64,000 bases of DNA from an uncultured Prochlorococcus sp. (GCA_902537445.1 CACBBI010000003.1:512-64511); one strand, 5' to 3'; counted from the first letter of the stretch, positions 33,304 through 44,442 are shown. A program made the numbers and translations. Notes: generated from the sequence alone by a model not told the origin.

Positions 33304-34206
33304 ATGACCTTTTACTATTTAAGTGAAGAGATGGGTCTAGCCTTAAATGATATTTTAGGAAGAGCATGCTCTTATAATAAAGATTTTTCAAGAGAAGATA
33401 TTTCGATAACTTGGATTAATTATAAAAGTGAAAATAAAAATGTATTTAAAGGTTTTGGAACTGGTATTAACAATAAAAAAATGGTTTACCCTGCTAGTAT
33501 AGTCAAGTTGGTTTATGGCCTTGCTGCATTTTATTGGATTAAAAAAGGAAGTTTATTATTATCGGATGAAATTATTGATGCTGTAAGGAAAATGTTGTCT
33601 TTCTCCAGTAACAATGCAACAAGCTTTTTAATTGATTTACTTACTGGAACAACAAGCGGACCTCTTATTGAAGGCGAATTATGGGAAAATTGGAAATACC
33701 AAAGAAATATTATAAACGATTGGCTACATGATTTACATTGGGAGGAATTGAGTGGTATAAATTGCTGTCAGAAGACCTGGGATGATGGACCATTTGGTCG
33801 TGAAAAAGAATTTTATGGACATAATAATAAAAATAGAAACGCTATGAATTCTGATTCGGCTGCACGGGTTTTGGAGGAAATTATGATTCATATTGATTAT
33901 CAAAAAAATGATTTAAACTTACGAAGTTTTTTAAAAAGAAATTTAGATAAATTTGTTCTCAAAAACGATTCTCTTAATCAAATAGATGGATTTTTGGGTG
34001 CAGGATTACCAGAAAGCATTAATATTTGGAGTAAAGCAGGCTTAATGTCTAAAGTTAGACATGATTCTGCTTGGTGGACTAATAGTCGATCTCTACATAC
34101 TTTATTAGTTGTTTTTTGTGATGGAGAGAAATATTCCAAAGATACTTCTTTCTTACCATCAATATCAAAAGAAGTATATGAATTTAATAAAAGATATACT
34201 ATTTAG
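33304..34206 (+). CDS. Class A beta-lactamase-like / penicillin-binding serine hydrolase
   Basis: SxxK (ASIVK), SxN (SSN), K(T/A)G (SKAG), RHD. Confidence 0.85.
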   Translation: MTFYYLSEEMGLALNDILGRACSYNKDFSREDISITWINYKSENKNVFKGFGTGINNKKMVYPASIVKLVYGLAAFYWIKKGSLLLSDEIIDAVRKMLSFSSNNATSFLIDLLTGTTSGPLIEGELWENWKYQRNIINDWLHDLHWEELSGINCCQKTWDDGPFGREKEFYGHNNKNRNAMNSDSAARVLEEIMIHIDYQKNDLNLRSFLKRNLDKFVLKNDSLNQIDGFLGAGLPESINIWSKAGLMSKVRHDSAWWTNSRSLHTLLVVFCDGEKYSKDTSFLPSISKEVYEFNKRYTI

Positions 34207-34208
34207 GA

Positions 34209-34421
34209 CTAAATTAAATCGTCTAAGTAATTAGGATCTAATTTGTCAGTATATGCTTCATAAGGTAACATCATTACTTCTTCAAAATCTAAATCATTCA
34301 TAATCCATTCTCTATATTCAGCTAACAAACTTTTTCTATCTTCATTATCTAATTCATAAATACGCAACGCTGTATCTTTGAAATTTTCTTTAATTAAATT
34401 TTCAATTTCTTTCCTCTTCAT
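34209..34421 (-). CDS. Small acidic hypothetical protein
   Basis: ATG 1 nt after the recombinase stop; 'LLAEYREWI' motif; fills the gap exactly. Confidence 0.7.
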   Translation of the reverse strand: MKRKEIENLIKENFKDTALRIYELDNEDRKSLLAEYREWIMNDLDFEEVMMLPYEAYTDKLDPNYLDDLI

Positions 34422-34422
34422 T

Positions 34423-35046
34423 TTATGTTAATTCTCCTTCCAAAATCACTCTTCTTATCGTTGATAATGCAATTCCTGTTTGTGATCTGATTGATCGATA
34501 TGAATTTCCTTCATTGCGCAATCTGATTACTAAAGATTCTTTTAAAGGACTTATTTTGGGCCTTCCTCCTAGACTATTTCCAGATAATTTTCTACGTAAT
34601 AGTTGTTCTTTTTTTCTTTCACCTAAACTTTTGTCTTCTAAATTATCTAATTCATATAAAATCTTAAAAATTGAAGAAATTGCATTAGAGGATTCATGTG
34701 CAGCAAAAAAACCAGTCAAAGTTCGTAATTTAATATCTTTATTAATAAGTTTATTTATTGTCCTCAAACATTCTTTTTTATTTTTAAATGCTCGGTCGAG
34801 CTGAGTTATTATTAACTGATCGCCTTTAGATAAGCAATTCATAGCTTTATTGAGTTGGGGTTTGATTTCTTCATCTAAACTTATAAATTCAGAGAAAACT
34901 AAACTGCAACCCTCTTCTTTTAAAATTTTTATTTGCTCTTCTAAATACTCATATTCATTATGAGTAGCTCTGGCATAACCTATTGCTTTAGAGTTTTTAT
35001 TTTTTTCAGATAGTAAAAGACGTTTTCTTTTAAATTTAAAAGTCAA
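34423..35046 (-). CDS. Serine recombinase (resolvase/invertase)-family protein with C-terminal HTH; degenerate active site
   Basis: GYARAT (canonical GYARVS), KGD.LIITQLDR, GGRPK, HTH SYRSIRSQTGIALSTIRR. Start taken as TTG 35046 (ORF track extends to 35097). Confidence 0.85.
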   Translation of the reverse strand: MTFKFKRKRLLLSEKNKNSKAIGYARATHNEYEYLEEQIKILKEEGCSLVFSEFISLDEEIKPQLNKAMNCLSKGDQLIITQLDRAFKNKKECLRTINKLINKDIKLRTLTGFFAAHESSNAISSIFKILYELDNLEDKSLGERKKEQLLRRKLSGNSLGGRPKISPLKESLVIRLRNEGNSYRSIRSQTGIALSTIRRVILEGELT

Positions 35047-35389
35047 TGTTTTATTACATATATTTTTTACTGTATCAATAAATTGCAAAAAAAACACTTT
35101 TTAGGACAAAAAAATTAAATAATAAGTCAAATTTTGCTAATTAAGAGTTTAATTAAAACGTTCTGATATCTGTATTAAAAATATCGTTCTTAATACTGTT
35201 TTTTTTTAGTTGATGAAACAAAAATACTGTGTAATTATTAACTTGAATTAGGATTTTTTAAATTTTCTATGGAATAGTTAAATTCATTTATTTTTTGACT
35301 TCCATTAAATAGGCATCATTTTTGAAATTATTAATAGTTAATTCATCTTGTTTTTAGTAAAATGAGATTACAGGCCAGAAACACTTAAT

Positions 35390-36283
35390 TTGACTAATAA
35401 TCCTAATAGTTTAATTTCAAAACCTGATTGGTTAAGAGTAAAAGCTCCGCAAGTTGAGAGAATTGGAAATACTGCAGATTTGTTAAATGATTTAAAGCTC
35501 AATACTGTATGTCAAGAAGCAAGCTGTCCAAACATTGGTGAATGTTTTGCTAGTGGAACTGCCACTTTCCTTATAATGGGTCCTGGCTGTACTAGGGCAT
35601 GTCCATATTGCGATATTGATTTTGATAGATCAAAAAGAGAATTAGATCCAACAGAACCACATCGTCTAGCCGAAGCAGTTTATAGAATGAAGCTTAAACA
35701 TGTTGTAATAACATCAGTAAATAGAGACGATCTTAAGGATGGAGGTGCATCTCAATTTTTTGAATGTGTTTATCAAGTAAGAAAAAAATCTCCTGAAACT
35801 ACTATTGAGCTTTTAATTCCTGATTTTTGTGGTAACTGGAAAGCGCTTGAAAAAGTTCTTGATTCAAATCCAAACGTTTTAAACCACAATATTGAGACTG
35901 TCCCTTCACTATATAAAAAAGTAAGACCACAGGGTAAATATGAGAGAACTCTTGAGTTACTTAAAAGAACGAGAGACTATTCTCCCAACGTTTATACAAA
36001 GTCAGGTTTTATGCTCGGTCTAGGAGAAAAAGATGAGGAAGTCTTAAGTCTTCTTGAGGATTTAAAAAGTAATTTCGTTGATATTGTTACTATTGGCCAA
36101 TATTTATCTCCTGGCTCTAATCATTTACCTGTTCAAAGATTTGTGAGTCCCTCGAAATTCAATTATTTTAAAGTTTTCGGGGAAAAAAATTTGGATTTTA
36201 TGCAAGTAGTTAGTTCTCCTTTAACTCGAAGCAGTTACCATGCTGAAGAGATTCAAAAACTTATGAAAAAGTATCCAAGATAG
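35390..36283 (+). CDS. lipA: Lipoyl synthase
   Basis: [26 protein letters not shown]. Confidence 0.98.
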   Translation: MTNNPNSLISKPDWLRVKAPQVERIGNTADLLNDLKLNTVCQEASCPNIGECFASGTATFLIMGPGCTRACPYCDIDFDRSKRELDPTEPHRLAEAVYRMKLKHVVITSVNRDDLKDGGASQFFECVYQVRKKSPETTIELLIPDFCGNWKALEKVLDSNPNVLNHNIETVPSLYKKVRPQGKYERTLELLKRTRDYSPNVYTKSGFMLGLGEKDEEVLSLLEDLKSNFVDIVTIGQYLSPGSNHLPVQRFVSPSKFNYFKVFGEKNLDFMQVVSSPLTRSSYHAEEIQKLMKKYPR

Positions 36284-36289
36284 TAATTT

Positions 36290-36583
36290 TCATTTATTTG
36301 AATCTATCCACTCATTTAATTTCCATTCAACTAGATCATTTTTAATCATTGGATCATTCTTAATTATTTTTAGTGCATTTTCATAAGTATTTATTTCAAG
36401 AATTAGTAATCCGCCGGCGCCTGGCCTCTTTAAATCATCTACTAAAAAACCACTTTTTATATTGATTCCCTCTTTTTTTAATTTTTTTATCCAATCATTA
36501 TGCTCGTTAATCACTTTTCGTTTTAAATCATTATTAATTAAGTATTCTTTTTTTATAATTTCAGTTTTTACAAAAAAAGGCAT
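36290..36583 (-). CDS. YciI-family protein
   Basis: EH..WI, SGFL, GGLLI, DPMI; ATG abuts the glsF stop. Confidence 0.8.
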   Translation of the reverse strand: MPFFVKTEIIKKEYLINNDLKRKVINEHNDWIKKLKKEGINIKSGFLVDDLKRPGAGGLLILEINTYENALKIIKNDPMIKNDLVEWKLNEWIDSNK

Positions 36584-39500
36584 TTACATTTTTTTTATGC
36601 CAAGCATCTCTTCTTCACTTGGGGGAACAATTAATTTGAAAGTACTCTTGAAATGAGACCAATTTTCAATTATTTTGGCGGCCTTTAAGCTATTTGTTTT
36701 TGCTCGATATTCTCTAATAATTTCTAATAAAATATCTTCCTGCCTTGATGAAGTTATTTTATGAATACTTACTATTTCCCTATTAACTTTATTATTTAAA
36801 TCATTATTCTCATCGATTATGAAAGCTATTCCACCAGTCATGCCCGCACCAATATTCCTCCCTGTGGAACCTAGAATAACTACTTTCCCACCAGTCATAT
36901 ATTCACAACAATGATCTCCTGCGCCCTCTGTTACTGCTGTGGCGCCACTATTCCTTACTGCAAATCTTTCTCCCGATTTTCCTAAAGCAAATAATTTCCC
37001 ACCTGTTGCTCCATAAAGGCAAGTATTTCCTAGAATAACTTGTTGGGAGGAGACTTTATTTATATTTTGGGGAATGATTGTGAGTATTCCTCCATTCATT
37101 CCTTTACAAACATAATCATTAGCTTCTCCGATTAATTGGACATTCATTCCCTTTAATAAAAAGGCACCAAAGCTTTGTCCCGCATATCCTTTGAAATTTA
37201 AGTTAAGTTCTCCATTGAAGCCGGTGTTTCCATGAAGTTCTGCGATTTCGCCAGATATTTTTGCACAAACACTTCTATCTGTATTTTTTATCTCAATTTC
37301 TTTAGTCAATTTTTCGTGATTTTTAATTGAATCTATAAATTCAGTATCAGACAAAAACTCGTCCTCTAATACAGAACCATTACTATGAGCATTTTTTGAA
37401 TGTTTTAACCATGATCTATCAGTGGTTAGGTTTCCATTATTTACTAAAGAAGAAAGATCGATATTAGAAGTTTTTGGAAGACCGATATTTCTTGCAGAAA
37501 GAAATTCTTGATTACCAATCAGTTCTTCCATATTAGAAACTCCAATACTACTCATTATCTGTCTTACTTCTTCAGCAATATATAAGAAAAAATTGACAAC
37601 ATTTTCTGGAATACCTTTAAATCTTTTTCTTAACTCTTCTTTTTGAGTAGCAACTCCAACAGGACACTTGTTTGTATGACAAACCCGAGCCATTATGCAT
37701 CCTTCAGCAATCATCGCTACAGAACCGAAACCGTATTCTTCAGCACCTAGTAAAGCTGCAATAACTACATCCCAGCCTGTTTTAAGACCTCCATCAGTTC
37801 TCAAAATTACTCTTTCACGTAAGTTATTCTCTAAGAGAGATTTATGAACCTCAGCAACACCTAATTCCCATGGTAAACCTGCATGTTTAATAGAACTTAG
37901 GGGCGAAGCACCTGTACCTCCGTCATGTCCTGAAATTTGAATTACATCTGCATTAGCTTTGCTTACTCCAGCAGCAATAGTACCTATACCAATTTCAGAA
38001 ACAAGTTTAACGCTTACTTTCGCTTTTGGATGGACTTGGTGTAAGTCATGGATAAGTTGAGCTAAATCTTCAATTGAATAAATATCATGATGCGGGGGAG
38101 GAGATATTAGAGCTACTCCAGGTTTACTATTTCTAAGTTTTGCGATGTAAGAATCAACTTTTGGGCCAGGCAATTGTCCCCCTTCTCCAGGTTTTGCACC
38201 TTGAGCCATTTTAATTTCGAGTTGTTTACCACTTCTTAGATATTCAGGTGTCACTCCAAATCTACCTGATGCTATTTGCTTAATAGCTGAACACGCGGTG
38301 TCTCCATTTTCTAGACCTTTAATAAATGGCAACGTAGCTGATTGAGTATTTTCGTCGATATCATTTAAAACATTAAAACGAGCTGGATCTTCTCCCCCTT
38401 CTCCACTATTACTTTTGCCACCAATTCTATTCATAGCTACTGCTAACACTTCATGCGCTTCTCTTGATAAAGCACCCAAACTCATTCCTCCAGTACAGAA
38501 CCTTTTGCAAATTGATTCAACACTTTCAACTTTCTCTAATGGGATGCTTTTTCTTTTTGAACTAATTGTTAGTAAATCTCTTAGAGATGTTGTCGGTCTA
38601 TTACTGATGAGTTTTTTGTAAGTTTCAAAATGATCGTATCCTGGACCTTGTTTTACAGCTGAATGTAAAATTTTGGACATCTCAGGGTTATTGGAATGAT
38701 ATTCTCCATTATTTCTAAATTGTACAAATCCCAAAAATTCTAATTTTTTTAAATCGATCTCTGGGTAGGCCTTCGTATGTATTGAAATTGTTTCATTAGT
38801 TAATTCTTTTAATGTTATGCCGGCGATGCGGCTTGTTGTACCATCAAAAGCAACTTTTATTAAGTCAGATCCAAGGCCTACAGCTTCAAAAATTTGTGCG
38901 CCATGGTAACTAGATAAAAGTGAGATGCCTATTTTCGAAAGAATTTTCCTAAGACCGTCTTCTAAAGCTTTTTTAATATTTTCTTGAACATCAATTATTG
39001 ATAATGGATTGATTTTTTTGCTATCAATGAGTTTTTGAGTTTTTGGATGTTTTAACCAGTGTCTACCTGCTTCGAAGGTCAACCAAGGGCAAACTGCGCT
39101 TGCACCATAACCAATCAAACAAGCCAAGTGATGTGTGCTCCAACATTGACCTGTTTCAATAATTAGAGAAGCTTTTAGCCTGATTTCTTTTTTTAGAAGA
39201 TAATGATGAATTGCCCCAATAGCGAGTAAAGGAGGAATAAAAGTCTTTTTAGGATTAATTCCCTTATCAGAAATAATAATTAAAGAGCAACCTTCTTTTA
39301 TATGAAGCTCACTCTGTTTACAGATTGCTTTTAATTGGTTCTCTAAGCCTTGAACACCTTCCTCAATATCAAACAAACTTGAAATTGTTTGAGATTTGAT
39401 TTTTGATTTTTTAATGGAAATGAGTTCTTCCTCATTGAGAATTGGACTTTGTAAATGAACAAAAGGTTTAGGATCTTTAATCTCAAATGGAGTACATCTT

Positions 39501-41158
39501 GCTCCAAGATGCATCTCTAAACTCATTACCAGTTTTTCTCTCAGTGGGTCAATAGGAGGATTTGTAACTTGCGCAAATCTTTGCTTGAAATAGTCATATA
39601 AAATATGTGGCTTTGAAGAAAGCACCGCTAATGGGATATCGTCTCCCATGCAATAGGTTGGCTCTTTAGCTAATGAAGCCATTGAATCCAAGATAAGATC
39701 ATTATCTTCTGCTGAAAAACCGTAGGCAGTTTGTTGTTGTAACAACTCAAGGTCTTTTAGTTTGCAGTCTTTAAACCATTCACTATTTTCAATTTTTATA
39801 GTTCTATTAATTAAGAGATTTTTATAATCATTTCTTTGAGCTGCTTCAGATTTTACCTCCCAATTTCTGAGAATTCTATTTTGATGAAAATCAACTGCTA
39901 ACATTTGTCCCGGTCCTAATCGACCTTTTTCTATTACTTTTTCCTCTTCAAGATCTACTACTCCTGTTTCGGAACCCATTATTACGAAACCATCATTTGT
40001 TATTGAATATCTTGCTGGTCTTAGACCATTTCTATCAAGCGTTGCTCCTACAAAATTTCCATCTGCAAATACAAGTAAAGCAGGGCCATCCCAAGCTTCT
40101 TGTATGCTCGCAGAATACTCATAAAATGACTTAATATCTTCCCTTTGTTCAAGGTCTGGTTGATCTCTAAATGCTTCAGGAACAAGTTTTAATAATGAAT
40201 CAGTTATTGGTTGGCCTGAACGAATATTAATTTCAAGGGTTGCATCAAGATTTGATGAATCACTTTTATTTACATCTACAATAGGCTTTATTTCATTAGA
40301 TAGCTCTCCCCAAAAATCATCTATATGTGTTTCTGACGCTTTAGCCCAATTAATATTTCCCAAAAGAGTGTTGATTTCCCCGTTATGCCCTAAAAATCTC
40401 ATGGGTTGGGCAAGTGGCCATTTTGGAAGAGTATTTGTACTAAATCTCCTATGATAAACGGAAAATGAGACTTTAAAATTCTCTTTTTTTAGATCTTGAT
40501 AGAATTCAGATAATATTTCAGACCTAACCATACCTTTATATACAACTGTTTGAGAACTAAGTGAGGCAAAATAAAATTCACAATCTCCAACATCGTTTTT
40601 AAAGGTTTCTCTTATTTTTTTTTCAATTCTTTTCCTTAACTGGAACAAAAGCCTTTCAATATTCTGATTATCTTTTGTATCTATGTACAAAATCCACTGA
40701 CAAATATATGGGACATTTGCTTTGGCTAAAGGACCTAAGATTTCATTATTTACGGGGACTTTTCTCCAAGATGTTTCTTTGATGCTTAATTTTTCTGCTT
40801 CCTCCTCACATATAGATTTGCATTCTTCAATTTTCTCTTTTTTGTTAGGCATAAAAACCATACCTAAACCTCTGTCCAATTTTTGTTTATTTATAAGATT
40901 CAATTCTTCATCTAAATAACCCCAAGGAATTGAACATAAAATGCCTGCGCCATCACCTGAATCACTATCTCCTCCACAACCTCCTCTATGCTCCATGCAG
41001 TTGAGGCCCTTTAGTGATTGTTTAAGGATCCAGTTGCTTTCTATACCTTCAACATTGGCTACGAAACCAACTCCACACGCATCTTTCTCCCCAATTATTC
41101 CATTTGGGGAATAACTATCTTGATATGGGCCAACGATTCTTTTGATACTCTCTCCCAT
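36584..41158 (-). CDS. glsF: Ferredoxin-dependent glutamate synthase (Fd-GOGAT)
   Basis: DACGVG N-terminal nucleophile, HRRFSTNT, QGAKPGEGGQLPG, CIMARVCHTNKCPVG [3Fe-4S]; no small subunit gene adjacent. Confidence 0.97.
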   Translation of the reverse strand: MGESIKRIVGPYQDSYSPNGIIGEKDACGVGFVANVEGIESNWILKQSLKGLNCMEHRGGCGGDSDSGDGAGILCSIPWGYLDEELNLINKQKLDRGLGMVFMPNKKEKIEECKSICEEEAEKLSIKETSWRKVPVNNEILGPLAKANVPYICQWILYIDTKDNQNIERLLFQLRKRIEKKIRETFKNDVGDCEFYFASLSSQTVVYKGMVRSEILSEFYQDLKKENFKVSFSVYHRRFSTNTLPKWPLAQPMRFLGHNGEINTLLGNINWAKASETHIDDFWGELSNEIKPIVDVNKSDSSNLDATLEINIRSGQPITDSLLKLVPEAFRDQPDLEQREDIKSFYEYSASIQEAWDGPALLVFADGNFVGATLDRNGLRPARYSITNDGFVIMGSETGVVDLEEEKVIEKGRLGPGQMLAVDFHQNRILRNWEVKSEAAQRNDYKNLLINRTIKIENSEWFKDCKLKDLELLQQQTAYGFSAEDNDLILDSMASLAKEPTYCMGDDIPLAVLSSKPHILYDYFKQRFAQVTNPPIDPLREKLVMSLEMHLGARCTPFEIKDPKPFVHLQSPILNEEELISIKKSKIKSQTISSLFDIEEGVQGLENQLKAICKQSELHIKEGCSLIIISDKGINPKKTFIPPLLAIGAIHHYLLKKEIRLKASLIIETGQCWSTHHLACLIGYGASAVCPWLTFEAGRHWLKHPKTQKLIDSKKINPLSIIDVQENIKKALEDGLRKILSKIGISLLSSYHGAQIFEAVGLGSDLIKVAFDGTTSRIAGITLKELTNETISIHTKAYPEIDLKKLEFLGFVQFRNNGEYHSNNPEMSKILHSAVKQGPGYDHFETYKKLISNRPTTSLRDLLTISSKRKSIPLEKVESVESICKRFCTGGMSLGALSREAHEVLAVAMNRIGGKSNSGEGGEDPARFNVLNDIDENTQSATLPFIKGLENGDTACSAIKQIASGRFGVTPEYLRSGKQLEIKMAQGAKPGEGGQLPGPKVDSYIAKLRNSKPGVALISPPPHHDIYSIEDLAQLIHDLHQVHPKAKVSVKLVSEIGIGTIAAGVSKANADVIQISGHDGGTGASPLSSIKHAGLPWELGVAEVHKSLLENNLRERVILRTDGGLKTGWDVVIAALLGAEEYGFGSVAMIAEGCIMARVCHTNKCPVGVATQKEELRKRFKGIPENVVNFFLYIAEEVRQIMSSIGVSNMEELIGNQEFLSARNIGLPKTSNIDLSSLVNNGNLTTDRSWLKHSKNAHSNGSVLEDEFLSDTEFIDSIKNHEKLTKEIEIKNTDRSVCAKISGEIAELHGNTGFNGELNLNFKGYAGQSFGAFLLKGMNVQLIGEANDYVCKGMNGGILTIIPQNINKVSSQQVILGNTCLYGATGGKLFALGKSGERFAVRNSGATAVTEGAGDHCCEYMTGGKVVILGSTGRNIGAGMTGGIAFIIDENNDLNNKVNREIVSIHKITSSRQEDILLEIIREYRAKTNSLKAAKIIENWSHFKSTFKLIVPPSEEEMLGIKKM

Positions 41159-41352
41159 AGATTATTTAATTCTATTTAGTTATTTATGTATTCCTATTAT
41201 AAAAATAAATATGAAAATAAATCTAAAGATAATGAATATTTACCAAAGAATTTAAATTTGACAAATTTTAAAAAAAATATAATTAAAAACTTTTAGTTAG
41301 TGCTCTTAAAAGGTTATGATGGTTAAATATTTATTTTATCTAAATTTAATAG

Positions 41353-41727
41353 ATGCCCACCATCTCACAATTAGTAGGTTCAGAAAGAAAACGTCTGACA
41401 AAGAAAACAAAATCTCCTGCATTAAAAGCTTGCCCTGAGAGAAGAGGGGTCTGTACAAGAGTCTATACATCAACACCAAAGAAGCCTAATTCAGCTTTGA
41501 GAAAAGTTGCCAGAGTTAGATTAACTTCTGGTTTCGAGGTAACAGCTTACATACCTGGGATTGGACATAATTTACAAGAACACTCTGTAGTGCTACTTAG
41601 GGGTGGAAGAGTTAAGGATTTGCCTGGAGTTAGGTATCATATAATAAGAGGAACTTTAGATACGGCTGGAGTCAAAGATAGACGTCAATCCAGATCTAAA
41701 TATGGAGCAAAAGCTCCAAAAGATTAA
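41353..41727 (+). CDS. rpsL: 30S ribosomal protein S12
   Basis: [21 protein letters not shown]. Confidence 0.99.
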   Translation: MPTISQLVGSERKRLTKKTKSPALKACPERRGVCTRVYTSTPKKPNSALRKVARVRLTSGFEVTAYIPGIGHNLQEHSVVLLRGGRVKDLPGVRYHIIRGTLDTAGVKDRRQSRSKYGAKAPKD

Positions 41728-41754
41728 TTTGTAAACATCACTTTTTTTTAAAAC

Positions 41755-42225
41755 ATGTCACGTCGTAATGCAGCAGTAAAGAGACCAGTTCTTCCTGATC
41801 CTCAATTTAATAGTCGTCTTGCTTCAATGATGATTTCTCGATTGATGAAACATGGTAAAAAATCCACAGCTCAAAGAATATTGTCTGATGCGTTTTCTTT
41901 AATAAGCGAGAGAACAGGTGGGAATGCAGTGGAATTATTTGAAACAGCTGTAAAAAATGCTACTCCTCTTGTCGAGGTACGAGCTAGAAGAGTTGGTGGT
42001 GCAACATATCAAGTACCTATGGAAGTTCGCCAAGAGAGGGGTACAGCGATGGCATTAAGATGGCTTGTTACATTTTCACGTGCAAGAAATGGAAAAAGCA
42101 TGTCCCAAAAACTTGCTGGCGAGTTGATGGATGCAGCAAATGAAACTGGTAGTGCCGTTAAAAAAAGAGAAGATACTCATAAAATGGCAGAAGCTAATAA
42201 AGCTTTTGCACATTACAGATATTAA
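41755..42225 (+). CDS. rpsG: 30S ribosomal protein S7
   Basis: [23 protein letters not shown]. Confidence 0.99.
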   Translation: MSRRNAAVKRPVLPDPQFNSRLASMMISRLMKHGKKSTAQRILSDAFSLISERTGGNAVELFETAVKNATPLVEVRARRVGGATYQVPMEVRQERGTAMALRWLVTFSRARNGKSMSQKLAGELMDAANETGSAVKKREDTHKMAEANKAFAHYRY

Positions 42226-42321
42226 TTTCATCAAAAGGTACTTAAGTAGTTTATTATTATTAAAGTTTGCTTTTAGGGTGAACTACACTTATCAAAAATT
42301 ATTTTATTTGGAGCTTTAAAA

Positions 42322-44397
42322 TTGGCACGCGACTTTCCCCTAGAACGAGTAAGGAACATAGGTATAGCCGCTCATATTGATGCAGGTAAGACAACGACTA
42401 CTGAAAGAATTTTGTTTTATTCAGGTGTAGTTCATAAGATAGGAGAGGTTCATGATGGGGCTGCTGTAACAGATTGGATGGCACAAGAAAGAGAAAGAGG
42501 AATAACTATTACTGCTGCTGCTATATCTACTAGTTGGCAAGATCATAGGATTAATATTATTGATACACCTGGACACGTTGACTTTACTATTGAGGTTGAA
42601 AGATCAATGCGTGTGTTGGATGGAGTTATTGCTGTATTTTGCGCCGTTGGTGGAGTTCAGCCTCAATCCGAAACGGTTTGGCGTCAAGCAGATAGATACT
42701 CTGTCCCAAGAATGGTTTTTGTCAATAAAATGGACAGAACTGGTGCAGATTTTTTAAAGGTTAATAAGCAAATTAAAGATAGACTAAAGGCTAATGCACT
42801 TCCAATCCAGTTACCCATTGGGGCTGAAGGTGATCTTACAGGCATTATTGATTTAGTAGCCAACAAAGCATATCTTTACAAAAACGATTTAGGTACTGAT
42901 ATTGAAGAAGCACAAATTCCCTCTGACATGCAGGAGGAAGCTGATGAGTGGAGACTTAAGCTAATGGAAAGTGTTGCAGAAAATGATGAAGAGTTAATAG
43001 AAATATTTCTTGAAACAGGAGAATTATCTGAAGAACAACTTAAAAAAGGTATTAGGGAAGGGGTTTTAAAACATGGATTGGTCCCAGTATTATGCGGTTC
43101 AGCTTTTAAGAATAAAGGTGTCCAACTTGTATTAGACGCTGTTGTTGATTACTTGCCAGCTCCAGTTGATGTGAAACCAATACAAGGTGTTCTGCCGAGT
43201 GGCAAAGAAGATGTTAGACCTTCAGATGATAATGCTCCCTTCAGTGCATTAGCATTCAAAGTGATGTCAGATCCATATGGGAAATTAACTTTTGTAAGAA
43301 TGTATTCAGGTGTTCTTTCAAAGGGAAGTTATGTAATGAATTCTACTAAGGATGCTAAAGAGAGAATTTCTAGATTAGTTATTCTTAAGGCTGATGAAAG
43401 AGAGGAGGTTGATGAATTGAGGGCTGGGGATTTGGGAGCTGTATTAGGTCTTAAGAACACAACAACTGGTGACACTTTGTGTAACACAGAAGATCCAATA
43501 GTTTTGGAGACATTGTTTATCCCTGAACCAGTTATCTCAGTAGCTGTTGAGCCAAAAACTAAAGGCGATATGGAAAAATTATCTAAAGCTTTAACTGCTT
43601 TGTCTGAAGAGGATCCAACTTTTAGGGTAAGTACAGATCCTGAGACAAATCAAACTGTTATTGCAGGTATGGGTGAGTTGCATTTAGAAATCCTTGTTGA
43701 CAGAATGTTAAGGGAGTTTAAAGTTGAAGCAAATATAGGAGCTCCACAGGTTTCTTATAGAGAAACTATTAGGTCTAGTTCTAAAGGTGAAGGTAAATAT
43801 GCAAGACAGACTGGAGGTAAAGGTCAATATGGTCATGTAATTATTGAAATGGAACCTGCTGAAGTTGGTAAAGGTTTTGAATTTGTAAACAAAATTGTTG
43901 GTGGAGCTGTACCAAAAGAGTATATTGGTCCTGCATCTAATGGAATGAAAGAGACCTGTGAATCTGGTGTTCTTGCCGGTTATCCACTCATTGATGTAAA
44001 AGTAACACTAGTCGATGGTTCATTCCACGATGTAGACTCATCTGAAATGGCCTTCAAAATTGCAGGTTCTATGGCTTTTAAAGACGGGGTTAAAAAATGC
44101 AATCCTGTTCTTTTAGAGCCTATGATGAAAGTTGAGGTCGAAAGTCCTGACGACTTTCTTGGATCTGTAATTGGTGATCTCTCTTCTAGGAGAGGTCAAG
44201 TAGAAGGACAATCTGTTGATGATGGATTGTCTAAGGTACAGGCCAAAGTGCCCTTAGCCGAAATGTTCGGTTATGCCACTCAACTCCGATCAATGACTCA
44301 AGGTCGGGGTATATTTTCAATGGAGTTCGCAAATTATGAGGAAGTTCCTCGCAATGTTGCTGAAGCTATCATTTCCAAGAATCAGGGCAACTCCTGA
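42322..44397 (+). CDS. fusA: Elongation factor G
   Basis: [23 protein letters not shown]; TTG start. Confidence 0.99.
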   Translation: MARDFPLERVRNIGIAAHIDAGKTTTTERILFYSGVVHKIGEVHDGAAVTDWMAQERERGITITAAAISTSWQDHRINIIDTPGHVDFTIEVERSMRVLDGVIAVFCAVGGVQPQSETVWRQADRYSVPRMVFVNKMDRTGADFLKVNKQIKDRLKANALPIQLPIGAEGDLTGIIDLVANKAYLYKNDLGTDIEEAQIPSDMQEEADEWRLKLMESVAENDEELIEIFLETGELSEEQLKKGIREGVLKHGLVPVLCGSAFKNKGVQLVLDAVVDYLPAPVDVKPIQGVLPSGKEDVRPSDDNAPFSALAFKVMSDPYGKLTFVRMYSGVLSKGSYVMNSTKDAKERISRLVILKADEREEVDELRAGDLGAVLGLKNTTTGDTLCNTEDPIVLETLFIPEPVISVAVEPKTKGDMEKLSKALTALSEEDPTFRVSTDPETNQTVIAGMGELHLEILVDRMLREFKVEANIGAPQVSYRETIRSSSKGEGKYARQTGGKGQYGHVIIEMEPAEVGKGFEFVNKIVGGAVPKEYIGPASNGMKETCESGVLAGYPLIDVKVTLVDGSFHDVDSSEMAFKIAGSMAFKDGVKKCNPVLLEPMMKVEVESPDDFLGSVIGDLSSRRGQVEGQSVDDGLSKVQAKVPLAEMFGYATQLRSMTQGRGIFSMEFANYEEVPRNVAEAIISKNQGNS

Positions 44398-44442
44398 TCT
44401 CTAAACTAAAACACTCTTAAACCCTCGATTCTTTAATTAAAA

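Noticed and set aside
33304-34206. Acquired antibiotic-resistance beta-lactamase
   Set aside because: Core context, no signal peptide or mobile context; fits the cyanobacterial PBP-like family.
34209-35389. Active transposon or invertible segment around the recombinase
   Set aside because: No transposase, terminal inverted repeats or second recombination site seen; the catalytic Ser is absent.
41159-41352. NtcA box upstream of glsF
   Set aside because: No GTA-N8-TAC found by eye.
41353-41727. Streptomycin-resistance alleles in rpsL
   Set aside because: Both key lysines (PKKPNS, RVKDLP) are wild type.
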